IMG/VR virus record: IMGVR_UViG_3300030098_002223
DNA: 64,000 nt
Strand: one strand, 5' to 3'
Source of the DNA: an uncultured virus (IMG/VR IMGVR_UViG_3300030098_002223)
Taxonomy: Duplodnaviria > Heunggongvirae > Uroviricota > Caudoviricetes
In this document: positions 1 to 9,255 of the stretch, piece after piece
Layout: every line of letters starts with the position of its first letter
How positions within the stretch are numbered: position 1 is the stretch's first letter
The notes under the pieces: generated by a model
The model's input: the letters and a program-made list of their open reading frames with translations, nothing else
Told to the model about the DNA's origin: nothing
Databases searched by the model: none
Translations under genes and position numbers: made by a program

Positions 1-131
1 CGTCTGTTAAAAATGCAGACAACGGTTTAACTTCTTTTTCATCCATTTAATCACTTCCCATAGGGGTAGGAGCAGCACACGTGCTGTCCTTCTTATATTA
101 TATTTAACTTGAGTATATAAAGTTTGTGGCA

Positions 132-485
132 TCAAAAGTCATCCAGTGTGGTTTTAGTTGGTATATTGATTTGTTTTATTCTATCGAGCACCTGTTCTTT
201 GGTGACCTCTGGATGTAAAACTTCAGTCTTACCATAAAAATGATTAGGTATACCATACTTTTCCCATTTTTTACCTACTTGTAGGTCTTGGAAAGTTTTT
301 TCAACAGCTTTAGCATCTTCTACGCTATTGTATTGTATGGTTTCTATATATTCATGGTCATCATAGGTTCTTTTGTCTTTGAATCTACGTGCTAACCTTT
401 CTCGGTCTGTGCATATTCCAGTCTTTAAATGCCAATTACCATCAGTATCTTTAACATTTGCGAAATACCAAATACTCATATCCAC
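132..485 (-). CDS. GIY-YIG/T5orf172-like nuclease domain protein with C-terminal PIP-like motif
   Basis: WYF...HLKTGIC..RERL pattern resembles the T5orf172/MUG113 GIY-YIG fold; ends KTTLDDF (PIP-box-like); overlaps the polB stop. Confidence 0.55.
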   Translation of the reverse strand: MDMSIWYFANVKDTDGNWHLKTGICTDRERLARRFKDKRTYDDHEYIETIQYNSVEDAKAVEKTFQDLQVGKKWEKYGIPNHFYGKTEVLHPEVTKEQVLDRIKQINIPTKTTLDDF

Positions 486-2707
486 TCCGCTAATGATTGT
501 TGTTTCTTATCTAACATTGTTAATGGTGGTTTCTTTTTCACATACTCTTTCAAACCGAATTTGACAAGTAGGTTAGATATTGTATCCCAGTAGTAGGTGA
601 TGTCTATTTCTTCTATGTTTTTGATTTGTTCTTTAAGACGGTATCCTTCTTTAGTCTTAGCATAAAAGTAAGTAGTTCCCTCTGCTGGTTCCATACCTAT
701 TTGTTTACCTAGGTTCATTAGTTGAACTGTTAAGTCTGTCTCTGATTTATAGTCGTCGTAGCCTCTATTAGTAGACCTACGCATTATAAAATCTTCTAAT
801 ACATACTCGTCCAGCTCGTATAATTTATCTACAAATGAATTTGTAACGGTGTTATTTAATCTGGCGTCAGATAGTTTATCTAACACCTTATTATAGAATC
901 TAGAGCGGCTCTTTGATTTGAATGTGCTTCCATGCTTCGTAACACTACCATCCAAGTTACGCAATATATAATTACCAACTTGTATCCATACACCCTCTTT
1001 GAATACATCTTTATCCATAGATATATTCTCTGCCTCAGTAAAAGGCATGTGGTATTTTAAAAGTTTACGTAAACGATTAGTTAACCAATTGACATCCACA
1101 TCCACATTAGTATTAATCCCATCAGTGTGAACATAAACCACAGCATCTTTTCCATATCGTGCACGGATGATGTCGACACCCGATAAGAGTAACCAACGGG
1201 CAACTGCCGTGATAGTAAGCCCCACACCCATATCACCGTAAGAAATATAAGGATTAGCGTTTGCACCATAGAAAGTATTCACCATTATTTTTAGAGCATT
1301 AGATTTACTCTTATCTTCTTTAGTGGTGCCTACCTTATAAGGTTTACGCATTTCTTTAAATTCTTTACACATGGTATATAAACAACTTTTCTTATCTTGG
1401 TCTATTTGTATCATTAGACGTTTGTTTACTTTGTTATCAGGAACATAGAGGATTCCATCCTTAAACTCTATGTCTGGGGTGTATTCATCATAGCCTACAA
1501 TTCTTGTGGTATCTGGTCCTAAGTTGAGAGCCATCGCTATAGAGGGATAATATGAACTGAAATCTACCTTATAGTTCTCAGCCTCATAACCCTGTCTATA
1601 TAGTTCAATGTGTGCAGCTTGGTAGTTGCCTTTATCAAACCTAAATATCTCAGGATGTCTCTCTTTGTTTCTATCAAGCGCCACTATGCCCTGCTCGAAT
1701 AAGCTCCTCCCCTGCAATATTTTAGTAATATAGCTGCTGGGGGCATTAACATAGGTGGCCAGTGGAACGCATAGGACTTCTGCTACGTATTGAATTTGGG
1801 GGAAGTAGTGGTTATACATAAACATGGTGCAATCAACATCTGACAATACATAGTCTTCTATCTCTTGTAGGGGGTAATCGAGTAGAGTTTTGTCGCCAAA
1901 GTCGAGCTCAATCGGTTCTAGTCCGAATGCTTGAGATACCTGTTTAAGACCACGGGGCAAACCTGACAGCGAGTAGTCAAGTCTTGCCCACCGTAGCAGG
2001 TCCAATATTATACGCCCACCGGCGTTCATCTTTAGTTCTCGGTTGTCCTTAGGAGGTTCATACCCCCAGTCGGAACCATCTCGGTTGAGATGTTTTTTAT
2101 ATTGGGTTTCGTTTATATGATTATAACGGACCCTGTGGAGTATTTGTGGAATATCATACCCCACAAGATTCCACCCCGCAATAATGTCAGGGTCATAGTC
2201 TTGTATATAATTTGCGAAGTCCCATAGTAGTTTGCTGTCATCTTCTTTCTCGTTGTCCCAAAGGAACACTTTGCGCTCTCCGGTAGAAGTTACAATGCCA
2301 ATGGCAACAATGGGATATTTTTCTCCAAAAGGAAAAGTCCCATCTGGGGAGTGTGTTTCTATATCGAACACAAGGCATTTTACATCTTGGTCGTTAGGGT
2401 AATCTGCAAAGAACGTTGGATGTTCTATACATAACCTTTCGAGTAATGCTTCCCTTCCACCATCAAAGAGTGCGTGAGTAGGAACGTGGTCTCTACTCGG
2501 TATATAGGTGTGTTTCTTTAAGTTGACAGTCTTATCTGATGCTATCAACTTCTTAGTCTCCCCGTTTTCGTCCTCAGTATAGAAGCATGGCTTATATGGA
2601 GAAGGCACTGCTTCAGCCTTTCCGTTTCTATACATCTTGACCATCAAAGAATTATCTTTAAGATTTATTGTGCGTTTGTTTATACTAGCAATTAGTGGAA
2701 CTTTCAT
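476..2707 (-). CDS. polB: Family B DNA polymerase with 3'-5' exonuclease
   Basis: ExoI VFDIET, ExoII GWNLVGYD, ExoIII YVLSD, motif A VDFSSYYPS, motif B KSNALKIMVNTFYG, motif C YVHTDG; C-terminal PIP box QQSLAEW. Confidence 0.95.
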   Translation of the reverse strand: MKVPLIASINKRTINLKDNSLMVKMYRNGKAEAVPSPYKPCFYTEDENGETKKLIASDKTVNLKKHTYIPSRDHVPTHALFDGGREALLERLCIEHPTFFADYPNDQDVKCLVFDIETHSPDGTFPFGEKYPIVAIGIVTSTGERKVFLWDNEKEDDSKLLWDFANYIQDYDPDIIAGWNLVGYDIPQILHRVRYNHINETQYKKHLNRDGSDWGYEPPKDNRELKMNAGGRIILDLLRWARLDYSLSGLPRGLKQVSQAFGLEPIELDFGDKTLLDYPLQEIEDYVLSDVDCTMFMYNHYFPQIQYVAEVLCVPLATYVNAPSSYITKILQGRSLFEQGIVALDRNKERHPEIFRFDKGNYQAAHIELYRQGYEAENYKVDFSSYYPSIAMALNLGPDTTRIVGYDEYTPDIEFKDGILYVPDNKVNKRLMIQIDQDKKSCLYTMCKEFKEMRKPYKVGTTKEDKSKSNALKIMVNTFYGANANPYISYGDMGVGLTITAVARWLLLSGVDIIRARYGKDAVVYVHTDGINTNVDVDVNWLTNRLRKLLKYHMPFTEAENISMDKDVFKEGVWIQVGNYILRNLDGSVTKHGSTFKSKSRSRFYNKVLDKLSDARLNNTVTNSFVDKLYELDEYVLEDFIMRRSTNRGYDDYKSETDLTVQLMNLGKQIGMEPAEGTTYFYAKTKEGYRLKEQIKNIEEIDITYYWDTISNLLVKFGLKEYVKKKPPLTMLDKKQQSLAEWI

Positions 2708-2970
2708 TCTTCTTCTTCCTTATCTGTTTCCCAAAACCTTATCAGTTGAACTGCTTCTTGGATAGCTCGGGCCCACCCTCTGTGGACCTTTGCTACTTTT
2801 TCCATATCAGAGCTTTCATCTGATGTCTTAATCTCAGGTTCAAATTGACCTGACATATCCCAATGGTAGTTAGCAGCAGCTGTGAGAATTTGAATCCATT
2901 GTTCTTTCTCATCCTCTGTGCTAACTGTTAGGGTGGGTGTTGAGGATGCAGCAGTCTTAATGATACTCAT
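2704..2970 (-). CDS. hypothetical protein
   Basis: 88-aa ORF with 4-nt overlaps to both neighbours. Confidence 0.7.
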   Translation of the reverse strand: MSIIKTAASSTPTLTVSTEDEKEQWIQILTAAANYHWDMSGQFEPEIKTSDESSDMEKVAKVHRGWARAIQEAVQLIRFWETDKEEEE

Positions 2971-3293
2971 AGACCATCCCTATAAGCTTGAGCTTGTTCG
3001 GGTGTCATCCTTTGAAATAATTTATCCATATTATTTACCATGAGTTCAGATATTTTTATATCATAAACGTCACATAATCTTTGAAGATACCACAATACAT
3101 CACCCATCTCATCTATGATGAGTTCAGTATTATCTACCCTATCTCTTATTTCTTTTTTAAATGCTCCACCGACTTCTCCAGCTTCATTCATTAAACCTAT
3201 CATTAGGTATTCTTTCTCTCTACGCTTTGGATACTTTGCTGTCTTACGAGTAAAGTCCAAATAAGTAGCTTCTATTCCTTTTACGTCTGCCAT
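2967..3293 (-). CDS. MazG-like nucleotide pyrophosphohydrolase
   Basis: GLMNEAGEV...IIDEMGDVLWY motifs. Confidence 0.9.
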   Translation of the reverse strand: MADVKGIEATYLDFTRKTAKYPKRREKEYLMIGLMNEAGEVGGAFKKEIRDRVDNTELIIDEMGDVLWYLQRLCDVYDIKISELMVNNMDKLFQRMTPEQAQAYRDGL

Positions 3294-3604
3294 ATATTCA
3301 ACTCCTCAGGTAGTATATCTCTTTTCACTACCCAATTTCTCTCAGTTGGTAGGTAACGATAGACTAAGTCTGCCTTTTCATTACCTTGTATGGGCCAAGG
3401 TTTGATTAATATTAAATCATTTTCTCTGACCCACATTCTTTTTTTGAAGCGACCACCGATACGAACCATACGTGTGTTACCATCTTCACACATAGCTTTG
3501 AGACGAGAACCACCACTCATCTCCATAACGATAGCAAACTGTTCATCCTTCACAGGAAGTTTAGTTTTCTTCGTAGTAAATCCTGACGGCTTCTTCTTCT
3601 TCAT
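3281..3604 (-). CDS. eif1a: Translation initiation factor aIF-1A (archaeal eIF1A)
   Basis: GGSRLKAMCEDG..RMVRIGGRFKKRMWVRENDLILIKPW...KADLVYRY is the aIF-1A OB-fold signature. Confidence 0.92.
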   Translation of the reverse strand: MKKKKPSGFTTKKTKLPVKDEQFAIVMEMSGGSRLKAMCEDGNTRMVRIGGRFKKRMWVRENDLILIKPWPIQGNEKADLVYRYLPTERNWVVKRDILPEELNIWQT

Positions 3605-5033
3605 CAGTATAGTCTCCTTCTGCTTCTAATAGAAAAGACTCATAGTCTTTAATCTTAGCGTCTTTTGCGCTTTTAAATACTTCAGGGTAATCAGCGTCAC
3701 TAACCTCTAACGCTGTCTTTGCTCTTTCACCCAGCTCAATGTTGTCCCCACTAAACGGGTCAACAACCTTGATACTGCCACAAGAGCGCCCAATGTATTC
3801 ATCACTGATTTCACTCCAGTTCTCTCTAACAAACTCTTTTGTTTCTTCAATTAAATCACTCCAATTAATTTTTGATACGGGCTCATTGATAAGAGGACTC
3901 TTATAGTATAGTGTTCTCTTACCATCATCTTCACTCTCTAAGAATCCTGTCATCAGTAAGCCCGATAGAACAGGTCTCAGTTTAGTAAACGGCAGCCCTA
4001 CTGCTTTAGCAGCCTTCTTCAATTCATTCTCTGACATCTTTACTGTCTCACTATCTGCAAAACCAAACTTATCTAATCTTGTCTCAGGAAATAGTTTAAG
4101 TATGTCTGTCCCATGACTTGGCATGTGTAAGCATTCTTCTACGAATGAGTTGAGGTAAATGCGTAAACCGAGCCAGTTATGTTTAGGTGTAACTAACCCA
4201 TATGTCTTACCGTCTTTCTCAGTTCGTATGATTTCATCAGGGTAGAAACGAGCAATAGCATTAATAAATCTTAATAGGTATTGCACTTTCGACCTTGATA
4301 CAGGGAATGCTGATGGTATAGCATCGAATAAAAATGGTGCACAAGGATTCTTCAATATCGTGGCGTCATCTTCATCTCTTTCATTGACTGCTCTTTGTAT
4401 ATGTGCCTTGAGTTCTTCCATTTCTTTGTCTGTCATATCAGATATACTACTGGTTGGTAGTGCTGATGCTTTCAGTTTATGTCTCAACACTCTCTCAGTC
4501 TGTTTGACTGTAGGGTTAGTGTGCATAATCATACATCTTCTTTCTAACTCTGCGTCAAAGTAAGCTGAACCTTTGTCGTTCTCTACTGCAACTGCCATAA
4601 TAACATACTTAGGCCATAACCTTTGTGTCACTGCCATGTTAATGGTCACATCAGTCTTCTTACGTTCAGCTGGTCTACCGTCTGCCCATGTCTTTATTAT
4701 TTCCATGACACCCTCAGGTAATTTCTGTGCCTCAGGTATAGCAACGAATCGAGCTTTGTTAATATCACTCTCAGTATACCACACTGCTGTCTCAGATAAA
4801 TGTTCTATAGTGTGAACATATCCATCGGGTAATAGACCTATTATAGCTTCCATCAATACAGTCTTACCTGTTCCACTGTATGCTTTGATACAGAAGTTAG
4901 TGTCTTCTAATAAATAAGATATAGATGATGTAAGGGCTAATGCATCCTCTCCTAATATAGGAAATAGAGTGCCATCTGGCTTCTTAGCATTGTGAAAATA
5001 TCTTAACAAATCATGTAATTCAAATTTTTTCAT
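3561..5033 (-). CDS. MCM-like AAA+ ATPase / putative replicative helicase
   Basis: Walker A YSGTGKT, degenerate Walker B FVAIPE, Arg finger ELERR, C-terminal wHTH-like region; start moved to ATG 5033 rather than 5135. Confidence 0.65.
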   Translation of the reverse strand: MKKFELHDLLRYFHNAKKPDGTLFPILGEDALALTSSISYLLEDTNFCIKAYSGTGKTVLMEAIIGLLPDGYVHTIEHLSETAVWYTESDINKARFVAIPEAQKLPEGVMEIIKTWADGRPAERKKTDVTINMAVTQRLWPKYVIMAVAVENDKGSAYFDAELERRCMIMHTNPTVKQTERVLRHKLKASALPTSSISDMTDKEMEELKAHIQRAVNERDEDDATILKNPCAPFLFDAIPSAFPVSRSKVQYLLRFINAIARFYPDEIIRTEKDGKTYGLVTPKHNWLGLRIYLNSFVEECLHMPSHGTDILKLFPETRLDKFGFADSETVKMSENELKKAAKAVGLPFTKLRPVLSGLLMTGFLESEDDGKRTLYYKSPLINEPVSKINWSDLIEETKEFVRENWSEISDEYIGRSCGSIKVVDPFSGDNIELGERAKTALEVSDADYPEVFKSAKDAKIKDYESFLLEAEGDYTDEEEEAVRIYYEEN

Positions 5034-5112
5034 TTCGTGCACTTCCTGTATAATAAATAGAAGAAACCTAATACTGGTCCATCCAGTATAAATATTATTG
5101 TTAGGTATTCTA

Positions 5113-5784
5113 TTAAATCCATTTCTGCCTCGCATTCATTAGGTTGAGTGTATTATGTTCACATAGTTTGACTGCATATTTCTTAAGTTCCTTTTCTGCA
5201 ATAGCAGGGAATCTATCCTTTAATAATAAATATAAATCTATCATTGTCATAGGGTCTCCGTTTTTATCCTTAAGGAATTCTACAATCTCTTCTGGCACCA
5301 ACCATGTATATGATTGTTCTTCGCTGTTAGTTAGACTTGGTCTAAACTTCTCTGCTACAAACATATCTATCTCAGTTGGTGTGATTGAATAACCATTGGT
5401 AGACTTACCTGTGGTGGTTGTCACTTTACCTTTTTTAAATTCAAAAACCATATCAGTTGGGTTAGTTCCATTCTCTATCATCGTAGCAAATAAACGCTGT
5501 GCGTTGGTATGAGATGCTATGGTAAGTGTTATGTGTTTTACTTCCTTAGTTGGTGAAACATATATACCATATGTAAACTCATTTATTTTAGGTGTGCTGT
5601 TCTTACAGAAGACACATTCACCTTCCTTTGCCCAGCATTTGTTGCGTTTCTTTGTAGTAGGATTCCAATGTTTTACCCTGTGTATGGGTGCTATAAAGGC
5701 AAACTGCCCCAAAGCTGTCATTGAGTCGTTAAGCCATACTCTCGAGCTTCGGGGTGATTGTATCCAATCGTCGTATTCACTCAT
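5113..5784 (-). CDS. Zn-binding replication protein, possible ssDNA-binding protein
   Basis: HW...C...CxxC motif reminiscent of gp32-like SSBs; lies next to the helicase. Confidence 0.4.
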   Translation of the reverse strand: MSEYDDWIQSPRSSRVWLNDSMTALGQFAFIAPIHRVKHWNPTTKKRNKCWAKEGECVFCKNSTPKINEFTYGIYVSPTKEVKHITLTIASHTNAQRLFATMIENGTNPTDMVFEFKKGKVTTTTGKSTNGYSITPTEIDMFVAEKFRPSLTNSEEQSYTWLVPEEIVEFLKDKNGDPMTMIDLYLLLKDRFPAIAEKELKKYAVKLCEHNTLNLMNARQKWI

Positions 5785-6155
5785 TCTATATCTACTTTCT
5801 TAGCTGATGTCTTCTCTTTCTTTTCTATGGTCATGTCTAATATACCATTAACCATAGTAGCTTTTACTGATTCGGGGTCAATTTCATAGTTAAATGTTCT
5901 ATCCCATGAAAAGTTCTTCCTTTCAGATTCAGCTGTGATAGTCACAGTTCTATTACTAACCTCAATGTCAACTTGGTCTTTAGATAGACCAGCTAACTCA
6001 GCTGTAATAGTGATGGTGCCGTTCTCTTCATTAACCTGAACATCTCTGTTAACAGGGTTAGTGAACTGAGAAGCAGTATTACGTGGTATACTTTCTATTT
6101 CATTGAGTAAGTCCATCCACATTTCCATCATGTTTCTTGTGTTTCTATCCCACAT
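5781..6155 (-). CDS. Small heat-shock protein (Hsp20/alpha-crystallin)
   Basis: ITAELAGLSKDQVDIEV...IDPESVKATMVNGILDMTI and C-terminal VDI (IxI) motif. Confidence 0.9.
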   Translation of the reverse strand: MWDRNTRNMMEMWMDLLNEIESIPRNTASQFTNPVNRDVQVNEENGTITITAELAGLSKDQVDIEVSNRTVTITAESERKNFSWDRTFNYEIDPESVKATMVNGILDMTIEKKEKTSAKKVDIE

Positions 6156-6157
6156 AT

Positions 6158-6364
6158 TCAGTCCTCCGTAGCTGGAGCTGATGAGCCTTCTGTCCTCTTC
6201 ATTAATCTGAAGTAGGGTTTGTTGCTTCCTTCTTTCCAGTAGGTGTTTCTGAACATAACGAATTCATCTCCACCTTCAGATTTACCTGAGTAGTAGATGT
6301 TTCCGTTCTTATCTGTGTTCCGGAACAATCCGGCTTGGAGTTCTAAACTATTTTTCTCTGCCAT
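6158..6364 (-). CDS. small beta-rich protein (DUF736-like)
   Basis: AGLFRNTDKNG..YYSG...FRN...KPYFRL pattern; SD AGGAGG upstream. Confidence 0.55.
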   Translation of the reverse strand: MAEKNSLELQAGLFRNTDKNGNIYYSGKSEGGDEFVMFRNTYWKEGSNKPYFRLMKRTEGSSAPATED

Positions 6365-6382
6365 ATTTCTTTCCTCCTTTCC

Positions 6383-6643
6383 TTATCCATGCATGTTGGT
6401 TGAGGATTGCATAGGTATCCCCTTGACATCAATCTCTAATAGTTTTTCACCATATGCTGAGATTAGTTTGTCTAATGTTTCACTAAAGAATTTTTCTACA
6501 TCAACATCTGATGTAGGATTTATCTCTAATTGAAATGTCCCGATGCGTAAAAGATGTGTCATCTTAGCGGCATCCATCTTAGCTGACATCAAATCAGCCG
6601 CCATATCAATATGCATTGGTGGTTCAGAAGATGAATCTGTCAT
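6383..6643 (-). CDS. hypothetical protein
   Basis: ORF with GGAGG SD in the minus-strand operon. Confidence 0.65.
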   Translation of the reverse strand: MTDSSSEPPMHIDMAADLMSAKMDAAKMTHLLRIGTFQLEINPTSDVDVEKFFSETLDKLISAYGEKLLEIDVKGIPMQSSTNMHG

Positions 6644-6890
6644 CTATAACCTCCAATTTAATTAATATCTTTCTTAGGTTTTTTATCATACCTGTTGTCT
6701 CTGCTATTTTATTCTCTAAGTCATCAAAACGTTCTGACATCTGATGTATTCTCTCTAAGATGTCTTCAACGTTCTGAACAAATGGAAACCAGTCCACTTC
6801 ATTTTGATACTTGGCGTTTCTTTTGTGAATTTCTTCTGCCCATCTTGCGTGGTGATTCACTACCGCCTTTCTGTCTTCTTCTATTGTCAT
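6624..6890 (-). CDS. hypothetical coiled-coil protein
   Basis: ORF track; heptad-like C-terminal half. Confidence 0.6.
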   Translation of the reverse strand: MTIEEDRKAVVNHHARWAEEIHKRNAKYQNEVDWFPFVQNVEDILERIHQMSERFDDLENKIAETTGMIKNLRKILIKLEVIDDRFIF

Positions 6891-7128
6891 TCTTTTGATT
6901 CCTTTTTAATTGTTTCATTAAAATTTTGTTCTTACGTGGGTTAACATGATAACCCTTCCCTGACCAACCATCGACATAGTATCGGATATATCCCATCCAA
7001 TAGTCTCGACAGTTTTCCTCAGTTGGTTTAAGTCCTCTTATCTTACACTTTTCCATGAGGCGTTGAACCATCTTATTGGTTTTACCCTTAGCCCATATAC
7101 GGTCAAAGGCTTCCCATCTCTCATTCAT
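6799..7128 (-). CDS. hypothetical protein
   Basis: GGAGG SD before ATG 7128 (MNERW); basic C-terminus overlaps the next ORF. Confidence 0.55.
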   Translation of the reverse strand: MNERWEAFDRIWAKGKTNKMVQRLMEKCKIRGLKPTEENCRDYWMGYIRYYVDGWSGKGYHVNPRKNKILMKQLKRNQKNDNRRRQKGGSESPRKMGRRNSQKKRQVSK

Positions 7129-7237
7129 ATCTGTCCTCCAATAACTGTATAGCATTGTTGACAGTATGGGTTGCCGTTAATATCTCTATACCTTATATAC
7201 TTAGGGTGTAAATTACACTTACACAAACCACACTGCA

Positions 7238-7573
7238 TCATCCGAACATACTCCCTGAGTAATCGGTGTTATTTTCTGGCACAGGTAGTGAATCTTTCAT
7301 CACATCCATAGCACCTGAATCTTTGGCTCTCTTAATCATTAACTCTAATGTCTTAACATAAGCCATAACTGCTACTTGTTGTGGTCTATCTAATTTATAT
7401 GTCTTTGTAATCTTCTTTAAGTCTCTACCCACATTCATAATGTCGATAGAGTCCATAGCTTTTACTAATGTCTCATAGGAAAACAATTCATCTTCAGTAA
7501 GAAGTTCCTGTATACTGAGATGAGTTTGTTCATCCTCTATCATATCTAAAAAGCTTTCTATAATCTTTGTCAT
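7238..7573 (-). CDS. hypothetical protein
   Basis: 111-aa ORF in operon. Confidence 0.65.
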   Translation of the reverse strand: MTKIIESFLDMIEDEQTHLSIQELLTEDELFSYETLVKAMDSIDIMNVGRDLKKITKTYKLDRPQQVAVMAYVKTLELMIKRAKDSGAMDVMKDSLPVPENNTDYSGSMFG

Positions 7574-7575
7574 GA

Positions 7576-7884
7576 TTACTCCGATACTACTAATCTATCT
7601 AATCTATAAGCACGTGGGTGTTGTGCGAACTGAGAAGTATATTGTTTTAGATTATATCTATTGTCTCTACCGATAACATAGAAGTTGCCTTCGGAAGACA
7701 TTTGTATATCTTCGGGTAAGATATTCCTTACAGACTCAGAGTCTTTGTCATGTTTCCATGAGTTAAACTTGAATTGAGTTCTGTTTGCAGGGTTGTATTT
7801 TATACTAACCTGTTTGTGCTGTCCTGTCTTTTGGTAATGCTTTACAGCATCCATAAGACGATTGATTTGTTTTGTTCTTTTCAT
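7576..7884 (-). CDS. stand-alone WYL-domain protein
   Basis: VSIKY...RNILP...GNFYVIG.D...RAYRLDRL matches the WYL SH3-like consensus. Confidence 0.7.
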   Translation of the reverse strand: MKRTKQINRLMDAVKHYQKTGQHKQVSIKYNPANRTQFKFNSWKHDKDSESVRNILPEDIQMSSEGNFYVIGRDNRYNLKQYTSQFAQHPRAYRLDRLVVSE

Positions 7885-7915
7885 TTAAATCACCTTGATG
7901 AATCTCACATAACTA

Positions 7916-7936
7916 CTGAGTATATAAAGCTTTCGC
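7916..7936 (-). promoter_or_regulatory. archaeal BRE-TATA promoter
   Basis: minus strand CGAAAGCTTTATATAC upstream of the WYL gene. Confidence 0.7.
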
Positions 7937-8010
7937 TATCCATACTGAGAGCTGTAAACTGAGAACCTTTATTTGGTCTCTTATAGGTATTTCTAATGGT
8001 ATAATGTCCA

Positions 8011-8106
8011 TTAAGATTCCTTGTATGGTGTGCAGTGAACACACCTCTTTTTACCATCGTATGTCCATACGAAAGCATTTCTTAAACATCTATTACATTC
8101 TGTCAT
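8011..8106 (-). CDS. Zn-finger microprotein (31 aa)
   Basis: manual translation MTECNRC...RCVHCTPYKES. Confidence 0.55.
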   Translation of the reverse strand: MTECNRCLRNAFVWTYDGKKRCVHCTPYKES

Positions 8107-8108
8107 AA

Positions 8109-8369
8109 TCATTTGAACCACAAGTAATATGCGATTACCCCCAAACAAAATAGATTGCCGATTGTATATAAGATTATGGTCTTCATATTTATATCATTCT
8201 TCTTTTTTATTACTTTCTTCGGGGTCTTTACTATAAAATGAGGGATACTTTTCCAACACTCATCACAAAGATAAGCTCTAAGGTGAGGTTCTTCACTCGT
8301 GTAGTGGGTTAAACATCTATTACATTTATGCCACAATACTTTATAGTATGGTGGTTTAACTGAATTCAC
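8109..8369 (-). CDS. Zn-finger protein with C-terminal TM helix
   Basis: CNRC...CDEC plus hydrophobic C-terminus. Confidence 0.6.
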   Translation of the reverse strand: MNSVKPPYYKVLWHKCNRCLTHYTSEEPHLRAYLCDECWKSIPHFIVKTPKKVIKKKNDINMKTIILYTIGNLFCLGVIAYYLWFK

Positions 8370-8955
8370 CTGCCACTTCCAAATATTTTTTAGTAGCCAT
8401 TATGATAGGTTGTTGTAATTCTTGAGGTATGAAATCTAATCCATCCATACCCATATCTATATCTTGATAGAATATTTCTAAGTATGCACTAAAGTTATCA
8501 GTTATGTAGTGATAACCATTAGCCACATCTTCATCATAATCTCTTATAAAATTAATAATTTGATATGCTCTACCCAAAGCTCGTGCATGTATTTCACATC
8601 GTGGGTCACAGCCTAATATCTTTGACATCATCATACCAACTGACTCAGCTGAGCCTTTGCAGTAATCTAACATAGATACAACTGAATGTTCTTTCTTTAC
8701 CATATCTTGATACATACTTATATGGAAGTCTGAGAGCCATTCACCTTCAAACTGATACTTGTCACTCACTTCATAGAATTGTTCTATAACTTCTCTCCAT
8801 TGTTTGAAATCATGTAATGTCTTCTCACCCTCAACCATTTCATCACATACTCTAAGGTATGCGTATAGTTTGTATATATCTTCTTTGATATCATCTGGCC
8901 ACGCACTCATACACTCAAAGAATGTAGTGCTGTATTCTTCCATTATCTCTTTCAT
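8356..8955 (-). CDS. Compact phytoene/squalene synthase (CrtB-like) head-to-head prenyltransferase
   Basis: YSTTF, LYAYLRVCDEMVE (first Asp-rich motif), YC..SAESVG, ALGRAYQIINFIRDYDED (second motif). Confidence 0.8.
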   Translation of the reverse strand: MKEIMEEYSTTFFECMSAWPDDIKEDIYKLYAYLRVCDEMVEGEKTLHDFKQWREVIEQFYEVSDKYQFEGEWLSDFHISMYQDMVKKEHSVVSMLDYCKGSAESVGMMMSKILGCDPRCEIHARALGRAYQIINFIRDYDEDVANGYHYITDNFSAYLEIFYQDIDMGMDGLDFIPQELQQPIIMATKKYLEVAGEFS

Positions 8956-9125
8956 AGTTTCATTTCTCTGTATTTATCATCTGATAAGAAGCCTGTAAGA
9001 GTTCCTCTACCAGCTATGTTACGTCGCATGTATCTGAGAAAATCTATTGTTACTCTCAACGCATCGTTATCTACTTCTTCGTTTAGGAATTCTAATTCAT
9101 TTATCATATCTTCAATTACTATCAT
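8952..9125 (-). CDS. hypothetical protein (57 aa)
   Basis: manual translation MIVIEDMINEL...; ATGA overlap with the crtB-like start. Confidence 0.5.
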   Translation of the reverse strand: MIVIEDMINELEFLNEEVDNDALRVTIDFLRYMRRNIAGRGTLTGFLSDDKYREMKL

Positions 9126-9255
9126 TTCTTTTTTATCCTTACCTTTTTCACTACCTTTCTTTCTATTATTTTATTAAAGTCTACAAACTGACCACCTTTC
9201 TCTGCTGAGGGTGGTAGCGTATAACCTTCGTATGGTATCTTTGTTGCTCTCTTTT

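Noticed and set aside
476..2707. Intein or inactivated PolB
   Set aside because: Length is normal, there are no splice-junction motifs, and the essential aspartates of motifs A and C are present.
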